Assembly (NCBI RefSeq): GCF_963921235.1
Contig: NC_086101.1
Location: 26,970,001 to 27,034,000 of the forward strand
From: Mobula hypostoma
Lineage: Eukaryota
DNA length: 64,000 nucleotides
Direction: 5' to 3'
The notes below the pieces were generated by a model, which saw nothing but the letters and a program-made list of their open reading frames with translations, was not told the DNA's origin and made no database searches. Below are positions 39,341 through 49,549 of the stretch, piece after piece. The translations under genes were made by a program, and so were the position numbers. The stretch's first letter is position 1; each line of letters starts with the position of its first letter.

Positions 39341-40219
39341 GCCTGAAGACACCAGCCTCGTCCTGCCTGCCAAGCCTCGTCCTTGCCTAGTTCTGGGGTC
39401 TGAGCCAGAGGCAAGACCAGGTACTGAGTCCTTGTCCAGTCTCTAGCTCAGAGTCCAAGCCCGGGATGCTGGCTCTCTTGTCCAGTCTTGTTCCAGGTTC
39501 CTGGTTTTCCTGTCCATGTCCTTGCCCTCAGCCTGTATCCTAGTCCTGTCCCTAGTACTTTAGTGTCTGTGTCTTGCACTTGGGTCCGTTCCCAGCCACT
39601 GCCTTCTGACACAAACAGTCCTTCCAGGTGAGGCAACACTTCACTTGTCAGTCTGTTGGGGTCATCTATTGCATCCAGTGCTCCTGATGTGGCCTCCTCT
39701 ACATCAGTGAAACCCGACGCGGATTGGGGGACCGCTTCTTCGAGCACCTCCACTCTGTCCGTCACAACAGACAGGATCTCCCAGTAGCCACCCACTTCAA
39801 CTCTGCTTCCCATTCACATTCAGATATATCCATACATGGCCTCCTCTACTGCCATGATGAGGCTAAACTCAGGTTGGAGGAGCAACACCTCATACACCGT
39901 CTGGGTAGTCTCCAGCCCCTTGCTATGAACATAGAATTCTCCAACTTCCAGTAATTCCCTCCCCCTCCCTTCCTCTATCCCTATTTCACTCTGCCCCTCC
40001 CCCAGCTGCCTATCACCTCCCTCTTGGTTCCACCTCCTTCTACTACCCATTGTGTTTTCCCCTATTCCTTCTTCACCTTTCCTGCCTATCAGCTCCATGC
40101 TTCCCCCCTCCCCCACCCCTTTGTCTTTCTCCTTACTGATTTTTCACCTGGAACCTACCAGCCTTCTCCTTCCCACTCTCCCCCCACCTTCTTTATAGGG
40201 TCTCTCACCCTTCCCTCTA

Positions 40220-40256
40220 CAGTCCTGACAAGGGTTCCGGCCCGAAACATTGACTG
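40220..40256 (+). ncRNA. Degenerate minimal hammerhead ribozyme of the Penelope terminus (probably inactive)
   Basis: CAGTC CTGACAA GGGTTCCGGCCC GAAA CATT GACTG versus the intact copy at 61551; core CTGACGA and GAAACGTC are mutated. Confidence 0.6.
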
Positions 40257-40449
40257 ATCTTTTCCACGGATGCTGCCCAACCTGCTGAGTTCCTCCAGCG
40301 TGTTGTGAGCGTTATTTAAACTAGCTGACTAGCTGCTAAGGAGCTACTCTATTGCAGACATCCCACCTCTACCGGAAGTTCTGGGAATCTCCCACAAATT
40401 GATGGTGCTACCTCCCTGAAATGAGTTTTTGCAGGGTGGGATGTCTGCT

Positions 40450-40890
40450 TATGTCACTAAGGATTCTAGTAAATTTCTACAGATGTACCATGGAGATCAT
40501 TCTGACCGATCTGATATGAAGACTCCATCGCAGAGGACCAAAACAGGTTCCCTGGAAAGTTATTCTCAGTCAGCTCCATTACGGGCGAATCCCTGTACAC
40601 CATCGGAAGACACCTTCAAAATGCGCTGTCTCATGAGGAACTCTCAGCATCCGGGATAGGCCCTCTTATCATCACTACCATTAACGAGGTGATACAGGAG
40701 CCTGAAGACCGACAGTCAACGTCTTAGCAACATCTTTCCCTCTGCGCCATCAGACTTCTGAGCGGGCAATGAACACATGAACACTGTCTCACCTTTTCTC
40801 TTTCTATTTACTCACTTCATGTTACTTTCAGAATTTTTGTCGCGCACTGATACTCAAAACAACACGTTTGTGATAATAAACCTGATTCTG
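40450..40890 (+). mobile_element. Rex1/Babar LINE, right half and 3' end
   Basis: Continues the 17790-18513 copy (MSLRILVNFYRCTMEIILT-like); ends AATAAACCTGATTCTGATT. Confidence 0.75.
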
Positions 40891-41259
40891 ATTTGGAGGC
40901 TCCTGAAGACAGCGGAATGAGAACTGATTGGAAAAGTGATGATATTTTCGAGTTCTGCAGAAGTGTAGGAAGCAACCGCCCTGTTGTTATCAGTGTATCT
41001 GAAAAAGATTTGGAGAAATGCGCCCCCCAGCAGGTCAGAGACAAGCAATAGTTTACGTCTGTGCGATTGCCTTTGATCTCGAGATAGTGTTGAATGTTAA
41101 TGGTTTGTTTCTTGGTGGGAAGGCGGGGTCGAGAGTCATTTGCTTGAACTTGGCGTTGCAATATTATTTTTCCGTAGTGTGAATCTAGTGTCGAACAGCG
41201 ATCGTATACGGTCAATGAAGTATTTAACTCTTACGTAAATTTAGATAGTCCACTCGCTC

Positions 41260-41268
41260 TTCCCGGAA
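41260..41268 (+). promoter_or_regulatory. GAS (STAT) palindrome TTCCCGGAA overlapping an ETS core CCGGAAG, in a CpG-containing proximal promoter
   Basis: Exact TTCN3GAA match 135 bp upstream of the ATG at 41403; function not demonstrated. Confidence 0.45.
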
Positions 41269-41402
41269 GCACCGAACTACCTGAGCTGCTGCGGAGCTGA
41301 GGTCCATCCCTAAGCCGAGACTTGGACGAGTATCAATACGGCATTTAAACACTCATTCCAGAAACTCAACTTACTCTAACAGTAAACACGGCCTCCGACA
41401 AA

Positions 41403-41469
41403 ATGCCATTGAAAGAAGTTTCTGGGCTGTGCAGCTTCTATCTTTTTACCTACCTCGTTGTTGTTAACG
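41403..41469 (+). CDS. Exon 1 (signal peptide) of an Ig-superfamily receptor
   Basis: AAAATGC start; MPLKEVSGLCSFYLFTYLVVVN-(A); phase-1 donor G|GTAAGA matches the phase-1 acceptor at 42639. Confidence 0.75.
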
Positions 41470-41619
41470 GTAAGAGTTTTCAGAACTAACGATCAGACAA
41501 ACAGTTTGTGTTTCAAGGTTGTTTCAGAATGTATTCAAAGCAACGAATATACTACGTACGTCCGTGTCAGATGTTGGTGGAACTGATATTTAATAAAACC
41601 ACGTCCCGCAGATTGAATA

Positions 41620-41705
41620 AAAAACACATATCGTTGGTGTACGTTCACCAGCAACTTTGATGTGTGTTGCTTGAATTTCCAGCATGTGCAGAATTCCTCG
41701 TGTTT
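41620..41705 (+). mobile_element. 86-bp Penelope-tail insertion with a short inverted 5' piece
   Basis: Matches the Penelope 3' end at 61620-61686; 14-bp TSD CCGCAGATTGAATA at 41606-41619 and 41706-41719. Confidence 0.75.
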
Positions 41706-42387
41706 CCGCAGATTGAATAGTTGGTTTCTGTTTGGATATTAGATTTAAGAGCATAATATAAATGCAGGCTGGTGGAGAAAGGGCGAGACGGTTTTACTAA
41801 CCAGAAAGCGCTTTCAGAGCTGGCATCAGCAGAATGGGTTGTGTTATTTTAATCCAGATCTCTCAAAAACAACCTCCGGGCGGGATCACCGAAGGCTCCG
41901 CAAGCAACTACCTCTCGTCCCAGGAGACCGCCCCTTGGACTCTGCAGGGTACTACACCCCTCTCCCCCCGCCCCCCCCCCCCCACACACACACACACACC
42001 CTTCTGGCTCAGCGGACATAAAACAATATGTGGTGGGTATCATTGAAAAACTAACTTGCAAACTGGTTTAAAAGAGACACATTTGGACAGCTTGTTAGCG
42101 CATTGGCCCGACTGCTGCAGATTCGACCTAAATCAACTCGGCTGTCTGTCGCCAAGCTCGGACGGGGCTGCGGAATCTAAATTCTGGCGTTGTTTCCATC
42201 AGTTACTGCGCAAGGCAGAACAGACTAATCACCACTTGAATGTGTTCTCCCCTAGTGTAATGTTCATATTGAATTTCACAGACGGGCTCTAAGAACAGCC
42301 CGGCGAACCACAGAGCTCAAATTTCCAGTACTGAACGTAAAGGATCAGCAACGTATATTGGAGACGTATTCATATAGAGTGGTTTTT

Positions 42388-42606
42388 ATGAAGACCATGA
42401 CGTGGGAGCAGATTTAAGCCATTTGGCGCATCGAGTCTGCTCCGCCATTCAATCATTGCTGATCCGTTTTGTCCCACCTCCTCAGCCCCACTCCCCGGCC
42501 TTCTCCCCGTCACCTTCGATGCCGTATCCAATTAATAACCTATCAATCTCTGCCTTAAATACACCCAACGGCCTGTCCTCCACAGCTGCCTGTGGTAACA
42601 AGTTCT
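42388..42606 (-). mobile_element. CR1 3' terminal fragment
   Basis: GCCATT...CATCGAGTCTGCTCCGCCATT motif shared with other CR1 3' ends in the window (e.g. 14260-14285). Confidence 0.6.
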
Positions 42607-42638
42607 ATAAATTAAGAGGATTGCTATTTTTCCTTTAG

Positions 42639-43007
42639 CCGCTGTAACACTGAGAATGCATCCGGACCGCCTGACAGGGTCGGTAGGACAGTCTGTTCTC
42701 CTACCGGCCTCCTACACCAACCCAGACTCGGGCGGGTATCTGCGGATCACATGGACCAAGACCGGCACAAGAATTGTAGATTTTCGATGTCCCTCGGACA
42801 GAAACGGCAACTTAGTTGGATGTACCCACACGATTCCCATTGCCGACCACTATAAATATCGGGCCGTGCTTTTTCCAGAGAATGCATCCTTACTGATGAA
42901 AGATTTGCAGACCAGCGACAGCGGGATTTATGAATTATCCATTAGCTGCTCAACGGGAACTGAAAAAGGCAGTTTGTACTTGACCGTGCAGCCGTCTGAT
43001 AGAATGG
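42639..43007 (+). CDS. Exon 2: Ig V-set domain 1 (CD2/CEACAM N-like, no canonical disulfide)
   Basis: Acceptor TTTTTCCTTTAG|, donor G|GTAGGT, 369 bp, phase 1-1; V-set motifs G.SVLLP, ITW, R..LFPENASLL..DLQ.SDSGIY; no stops. Confidence 0.9.
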
Positions 43008-43239
43008 GTAGGTACATTTTCATGATATGAAGTCCTTTTTGCAGTTGTTAGGAAAGTTTTCATTCCGAATCCAGTGACATCCAGACTCAACATTAATCAT
43101 GAGATTTATAACTAGCTTTGTTGAGTGTCCTCTCCTGTACAAGGTTCAGACTTTTTATTTCCGGAATGTCGGCATTATACATATGTTTTTAATCTCTACA
43201 TGTTCTCACCAACTGCAGTCTGATTGTAGTCCATTTACC

Positions 43240-43400
43240 TACCTAGTGAGGGCAGTTTACAATAACCAATCAACAGTGTTTGGGATGCGAGAAGAACCGG
43301 GATCATCCGGGGAGAACCCATGCCCTCACAGGGAGAATGTGCACTCTCCACGCCGGCAGCTCCCGAGCTTGGGACAGAGGCAGTCGCTGTGTCACTGTGT
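43240..43400 (-). mobile_element. HE1/V-SINE-like fragment
   Basis: TTTGGGATGCGAGAAGAACCGG...CCGGGGAGAACCCATGC...ACAGGGAGAATGTGCACTCTCCAC resembles the reverse of the V-SINE core; recognised from memory only. Confidence 0.5.
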
Positions 43401-44109
43401 CGCCCGGTGTTTCCACCGCTCTCTGAATTTCGAGCTTTTGTTCAATTTGCTCTGATGTTTGCTTCCCCTCATGCTGGCTGTGACAAGTACCTACCCCCTA
43501 TTTAAAATGCAATAAATATCGGAATATAGGCATTACCCACGGCCTATTGAACCTGAAACTTCAGAGCGAGACACCCACTTGAAAGTCCTCCTTATCATGG
43601 TGCTCACGACAACCTCCGTGTTTAGTCCGAGCAACAGTGGAAGAACAATCCATTTCTAATTCAGGTGGGTGAGTGACTTGACGGGAAACTACAGCCGGTA
43701 TTTTGCCCTTATGCTTCCTTTCATTATCCACATGGGAGGGAGAGATGGGGTTTTGGGAGGAGCTGTCAGGATAGCCTCAGAAGTGACTGCAGTGGGTTTC
43801 ATAGATAGTAGAGTGGAGCTTCTGCATATCAGCGATGGATACCCCACACAGCCCATTGTCAGTTTTATGTGGTATACTCAGTTGAGTTTCTGTTTATTGC
43901 TGACCTTGTAACGCTGGTCAGGAGGTGATGATAATGTTATTGAATATCAAGAGTACTTGTTTTGGTGTTGGATATGATCACTACCTTTGCAATTTTAAGA
44001 TGTCACTGCTACCTAAAACGTATCTGCTAATGTCCCAATACTTATTGATTTCCCCTCCAACTCCCCCCACTACCACCACCACTGTAGTTCATTTTCCAGT
44101 TATTCTTTG

Positions 44110-45520
44110 AAACCCAGGTAATGTTGAACATCTCTGATATGGGGAGGAAAAATATTCTCCAATAGTCTCGTGAGCCACTCTCCAATCCTCCGGCACCTCA
44201 CCCGTAGACACCGACATTTTAAATATTTCTGCCAGGGCCCCTGCAATTTCAACACTAGTCTCCTTCAAGGTCTGAGGGAACACTCTGTCAGGTCCCGGGG
44301 ATTTATCCACTTTAATTTTCCTCAAGATAGCAAGCACCTCCTCCTTTTCAATCTGTACAGTTTCCATGATCTCACTACTTGTTTCCCTTAATTCCAAAGA
44401 CTTCATGCCAGTTTCCTTAGTAAATACAGACGCAAAAAACCCATTTAAGATCTCCCCCATTTCTTTTGGTTCCGCACATAGCCGACCACTCTGATCTTCA
44501 AGAGGACCAATTTTATCCCTTACAATCTTTTTACTCTTAATATACCTGTAAAAGCTCTTTGGATTATCCTTCACTTTGACTGCCCTCCTGATTTCCTTAA
44601 GTATTTTCTTGCACTTTTTATACTCCTCAAGCACCTTATTTACTCCCTGTTTCCTATACACGTCATACAACTCCCTCTTATTCTTTATCAGAGTTGCAAT
44701 ATCCCTTGAGAACCAAGGTTCCTTATTCCTATTCACTTTGCTTTTAATCCTGACAGGATACAAATTCTGCACTCTCAAAATATCTCCTTTGAAGGCTTCC
44801 CACCTACCGATCACATCCTTGCCAGAGAACAACCTGTCCCAATCCACGCTTTTTAGATCCTTTCTCATTTCTTCAAATTTGGCCTTCTTCCAGTTCAGAA
44901 CCTCAACCCTAGGACCAGATCTATCCTTGTCCATGATCAGGTTGAAACTAATGGTGTTATGATTACTGGAACCAAAGTGCTCCCCTACACAGACTTCCTT
45001 CATTTGTCCTAACTCCTTTCCTAATAGGAGATCCAATATTGCATCCCCTCTAGTTGGTCCCTCGATTCAGAAAACTTTCCTGAACACATTTTACAAACTC
45101 TAAACCATCTGGACCCCTAACAGTATGGGAGTCCCAATCTATATATGGAAAATTAAAATCCCCTACCACCACAACTTTATGTTTCCTGCAGTTGCCTGCT
45201 ATTTCTCTGCAGGTTTGCTCTTCCAATTCTCGCTGACTATTTGGTGGTCTATAATTCAACCCCAATAATGTGGCCATGCCTTTCCTGTTTCTCAGCTCCA
45301 CCCATAAGGACTCAGTAGACAAGCCCTTTAATCTGTCCTGCCTGAGCACTGCTGTAACATTTTCCCTGACAAGCAATGCTACCCGCCCATCTTTCATTCC
45401 TCTGCCTCTATCACATCTGAAACATCGGAACCCTGGAATATTGAACTGCCAGTCCTGCCCCTCCTGTAGCCAAGTTTCACTAATTGCTATAACGTCATAA
45501 TTCCACGTGTCAACCCTGCG
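44110..45520 (-). mobile_element. CR1 LINE ORF2 (endonuclease to the start of RT), truncated
   Basis: ORFs 45050-45532 (YDVIAISETWL...YRPPNS...GDFNFP) and 44089-45036 (KVDKSPGPDRVFP...EVPEDWRVAH). Confidence 0.9.
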
Positions 45521-46024
45521 AGTCAAATACATAAGACCGTCATTGTTTACATTAGTTATACTTTATAAATGAGCGATACAATTATTGTGCTGGTCATTTT
45601 ACTAATATCAGTGTAACGTCAATAATCTCACAGATTTTAATTTATGTTGGAAAGCAGCTTCGACCCAGAAAGCAGAAAGTTCCTGCATTAAGCCTAAAAG
45701 ATCCAAGAACAGCGCTGGGCGGGGCGAAGTGTGAAATATATGAATGGAGAAACAGTTTACAGGGAATATTACGACAGCGTAGAGTCCGTGTACCTAATCA
45801 CACCCTTATATGCTTTTGGAAAGATGTGAAACGCAGAAAATGTTTACTTCATCTGGTTTTGCTCCACGGTTTAAACAATTGATCTATTATTCACAGAGAA
45901 AGAACAATTGGAGATTCTAGAAATTTGTCACGGATTCGGCCTGATTTACCGTGTATTTGCAACTATAATGTTTTATTGCGATAGAGTTACCATATCATGA
46001 AACAATTACCATCTCCACTGTTAG

Positions 46025-46423
46025 GTGCTGTAACACTGACTGTGCATCAGGACCGCATGAATGGAACCGTCGGGCAGTCTGTGCTCCTACCCACCTCTTA
46101 CACCGACCCAGACTCACACGGGTATCTGCGGATCACGTGGACCAAAGCCGGGAGGAGAATTGCAGATTATCGATGCCCCTCAAGCAGAAATGGCACCCTT
46201 GCTGGATGTGCCCAGACCAGGCTCACTGACGATCACTATAAGGGTCGAACTGTGCTTTTCCCGGAGAATGCATCCTTGCTGCTGAGAGATTTGCAGATCA
46301 GCGACAGTGGGATTTATTATTTATCCATCGGCCACTCAGGGGGAACTGAGAGTCGCAGTCTGAATTTGATGGTTCAGCCAGACACCAGTAATAGAACCAG
46401 TTGGTACTCTCAGAAGGAGTGGG
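46025..46423 (+). CDS. Exon 3: Ig V-set domain 2 (paralogue of exon 2); donor at 46399 or 46423
   Basis: Acceptor CTCCACTGTTAG|GT, phase 1; 83/118 aa identical to domain 1 by manual ungapped alignment; two in-phase donors, A|GTTGGT (46399) and G|GTGAGT (46423). Confidence 0.88.
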
Positions 46424-46839
46424 GTGAGTTTGTTAAATTATTCAGAATGTCTTCACTCAGATTGTGTTGTTTGGTAGGTAACAATTGTAGATGCCAACAG
46501 TGATTAGCAAGTGTCAAGTTCAAGATTATTGTCAAATTCAAACGTACCCTGAAAATTTGTTTATTTTTCACAGTTTCATGCCTGTAGGACTTGCTTTAAA
46601 AATTGTTTGGGTTTGTGTTTATTTGCTGAAATACTTTACTATACAGATCTTCAATGTCCTCAGAGATAAACTAGTTTAATTAGAAAATACCGGAAATATT
46701 CATTAACTCAGGCAGCATCTTTGAAGAGGAAAAACTGTGAATGTTTAAAGTTTCATCAGAAAGTTAGAGGTAAAAAAAATGGTGAAGAATTTCATTATTT
46801 ACATCATTTAGATTTTTACCAGCTGGTAATGACTCTCAC

Positions 46840-48978
46840 AAATGTTCAATGGAACAATACCCTAGCAGGGATGACAGTGGAACAGCAATGGCAAGTGTTT
46901 CTGGGAATAATGCGGAAGGTGCAGGATCGGTTCATTCCAAACAGGAAGAAAGATCTTAAGGAGAGTAAGGGGAGGCCGTGGCTGACAAGGGAAGTAATGG
47001 ATCCTATAAAAATAAAAGAGAAGTATAACATAGCAAAGATGAGTGGGAAGCCGAAGGATTGGGAAACTTGTAAAGAGCAACAGAAGGTAATTAAAAAGGC
47101 AATATGTGGAGAAAAAATGAGGTACGAAGGTAAACCAGCTAAGAATATAAAGGAGGATAGTAAAAGCTTCTTTAGGTACGTGAAAAGGAAAAAAATAGTT
47201 AAGACCAAAATTGGGCCCTGGAAGACAGAAGCGGGTGAATTTATTACGGGGAACAAGGAAATGGTGGACGAGTTGAACAGGTACTTTGGATCTGTCTTCA
47301 CTAGGGAAGACACAAACAATCTCCCAGATATAATAGTGGCCAAAAGACCTAGGGTAATGGATGAACTGAAGGAAATTTATATTAGGCAGGAAATGGTGTT
47401 GGATAGGCTGTTGGGTCTGAAGGCTGCTAAGTCCCCGGGACCTGATGGTCTGCATCCCAGGGTACTTAAAGAGGTGGCTTTAGAAATTGTGGATGCATTG
47501 GTAATCATTTTCCAATGTTCTATAGATTCAGGATCTGTTCCTGTGGATTGGAGGGTGGCTAATGTTGTCCCTCTCTTCAAGAAAGGAGGGAGAGAGAAAA
47601 CAGAGAATTATAGACTGGTTAGCCTGACGTCAGTGGTGAGAAAGATGCTGGAGTCAATTATAAAAGATGAAATTATGACACATCTGGATAGCAGTAACAG
47701 GATCGGTCTGAGTCAGCATGGATTTACGAAGGGGAAATCATGCTTGACTAATCTTCTGGAATTTTTTGAGGATGTAACTATGAAAATGGACAAGGGAGAG
47801 CCAGTGGATGTAGTGTAACTGGACTTTCAGAAAGCTTTTGATAAAGTCCCACATAGGAGATTAGTGGGCAAAATTAGGGCACATGGTATTGGGGGCAGAG
47901 TACTGACATGGATTGAAAATTGGCTGGCTGACAGAAAACAAAGAGTAGCGATTAACAGGTCCCTTTCAGAATGGCAGGCAGTGACCAGTGGGGTACCGCA
48001 GGGTTCAGTGCTGGGACCGCGGCTGTTTACAATATATATTAATGATTTAGATGAGGGAATTAAAAGTAACATTAGCAAATTTGCCGATGACACAAAGCTG
48101 GGTGGCAGTGAAACATGTGAGGAGAATGTTATGAGAATGCAGGGTAACTTGGACAGGCTGGGTGAGTGGGCAGATGCATGACAGATGCAGTTTAATGCGG
48201 ATAAGTGTGAGGTTATCCACTCTGGTGGTAAGAACGGGAAGGCAGATTATTATCTAAATGGAGTCAAGTTAGGAAAAGGGGAAGTACAATGAGATCTAGG
48301 TGTTCTTGTACATCAGTCACTGAAAGCAAGCATGCAAGTACAGCAGGCTATGAAAAAAGCTAATGGTATGCTGGCCTTCATAACAAGGGGAATTGAGTAT
48401 AAAAGCAAAGAGGTCCTTCTGCAGCTGTACAGGGCCCTGGTGATACCACACCTGGAGTACTGTGTGCAGTTTTGGTCTCCAAATTTGAGGAAGGGCATTC
48501 TTGCTATTGAGGGAGTGCAGTGTAGGTTCACAAGGTTAATTCCCGGGATGGCGGGACTCTCATATGTCGAAAGATTGGAGCGACTGGGCTTGTATACTCT
48601 GAAATTTAGAAGGCTGAGAGGGGATCTTATTGAAACATATAAGATTATTAAGGAATTGGACACGCTGCAGGAAGGAAGCATGTTCCCGCTGATGGGTGAG
48701 TTCAGAACCAGAGGCCACAGTTTAAGAATAAGGGGTAGGCCATTTAGAACAGAGTTGAGGAAAAATTTTTTCACCCAGAGAGTGGTGGATATATGGAATG
48801 CTCTGCCTCAGAATGCTGTGAAGGCCAAGTCTCTGGATGTTATCAAGAAAGAGATGGATAGAGCTCTGAAAGATAGCGGAATCAAAGGGTATGGGGATAC
48901 TGATTGTGGATGATCAGTCATGATCACAGTGAAAGGCGGTGCTGGCTCGAAGGGCCAAATGGCCTACTCCCGCACCTA
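46840..48978 (+). mobile_element. 5'-truncated CR1 LINE with most of the RT, relatively young
   Basis: ORFs 46721-47818, 47864-48181 (GVPQGSVLGP...KFADDTK) and 48332-48913; (TATTGTC)3 tail at 48957-48978; a few stops. Confidence 0.92.
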
Positions 48979-49549
48979 TTGTCTATTGTCTATTGTCTAA
49001 AAGGTGCTGAATCAAGAATTCTCTGCCCCAGAAAATTGCGGAGGTTAGATCAATAGAAGAACTTCAAGTGATGTAGGTAGGTTTTTGAAGGGTTGGAGAA
49101 TTGAGGGTCAAGGGGAACTCCCAGAGAGGAGAAGGGGCCTGGGATGGATCAGTTATGATCATATTGAATAGGATCTACTTGAAGGGCTGCATGGCCTACT
49201 CCCACTCCTGTTTACCCGTGCTCCTGTGGATTCTGCTCCTCCAATGCACAGAGACAAAAAAGTCTGCAGATGTTGGATTGTGGTGAAAAACAAACAGCTG
49301 GAGGAACTGAGTGGGTCAAACCAGATCTGTGGAGGAAAAGGACTGGACCTACTTCTGTGGAGAAATAGTTTTCAGGGAGGTGAACGAAAACAGTAGTAGG
49401 AGGAGAACTGGTTGGGTCTTTGTTCCAGAAAAAAGTGAAGGGCCCCAAGACCTTGCTGCTGGGGAATTTGGAGGTGTGCAAAGAGAGGTAATTGTTCATT
49501 GGTTCACTACTGTCATGCTGAGGTACTGTGATTACATTTCATTCAGCCA

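Larger units (their letters stand above)
20038..39611 (+). mobile_element. Gypsy-type solo LTR inflated to 19,574 bp by internal tandem repeats
   Basis: Starts TGTCA (20038), ends TGACA (39611); 5-bp TSD CAAAC at 20033-20037 and 39612-39616; CATAAATA TATA-like box at 20175; GCACTTGGGTCC near the 3' end as in fish Gypsy LTRs; no PBS, PPT or gag-pol. Confidence 0.8.
19685..40309 (+). mobile_element. 5'-truncated Penelope-like element (19685-20037 plus 39617-40309), split by the LTR
   Basis: CKHKCYTCPCTSS...(insertion)...KQSFQVRQHFTCQSVGVIYCIQCS..GLLYISE...GDRFFEHL (GIY-YIG); 13-bp TSD CGTTATTTAAACT at 19672-19684 and 40310-40322. Confidence 0.85.
19111..40447 (+). mobile_element. Non-autonomous hAT-like DNA transposon, interrupted by a 20.6-kb insertion
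   Basis: TIRs CAGA(T/C)ATCCCACC...GGTGGGATGTCTG; flanking CTTATG at 19105-19110 and 40448-40453; residual exon 1 (19456-19630) encodes a BED-finger start (AHCAVCNSDFSLAHGG) followed by GAG|GTGAGT. Confidence 0.75.

Noticed and set aside
40817-41215. 132-aa minus-strand ORF suggesting a divergent gene at the promoter
   Set aside because: No recognisable domain or splice structure; its end runs into the Rex/Babar 3' UTR.
43008-43030. Read-through of V1 into the intron giving a secreted single-domain protein (...MGRYIFMI*)
   Set aside because: A good G|GTAGGT donor is present; an in-frame stop shortly inside an intron is expected by chance; there is no transcript evidence.
42639-46423. Rearranging antigen-receptor V segments (Ig/TCR/NAR)
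   Set aside because: No canonical Cys pair, no YYC motif and no heptamer-nonamer RSS after either exon; both end in ordinary phase-1 splice donors.
46721-48913. 365-aa, 105-aa and 193-aa ORFs as a host gene
   Set aside because: They are consecutive pieces of one CR1 ORF2 broken by stops, ending in the CR1 tail, within an intron of the receptor gene.
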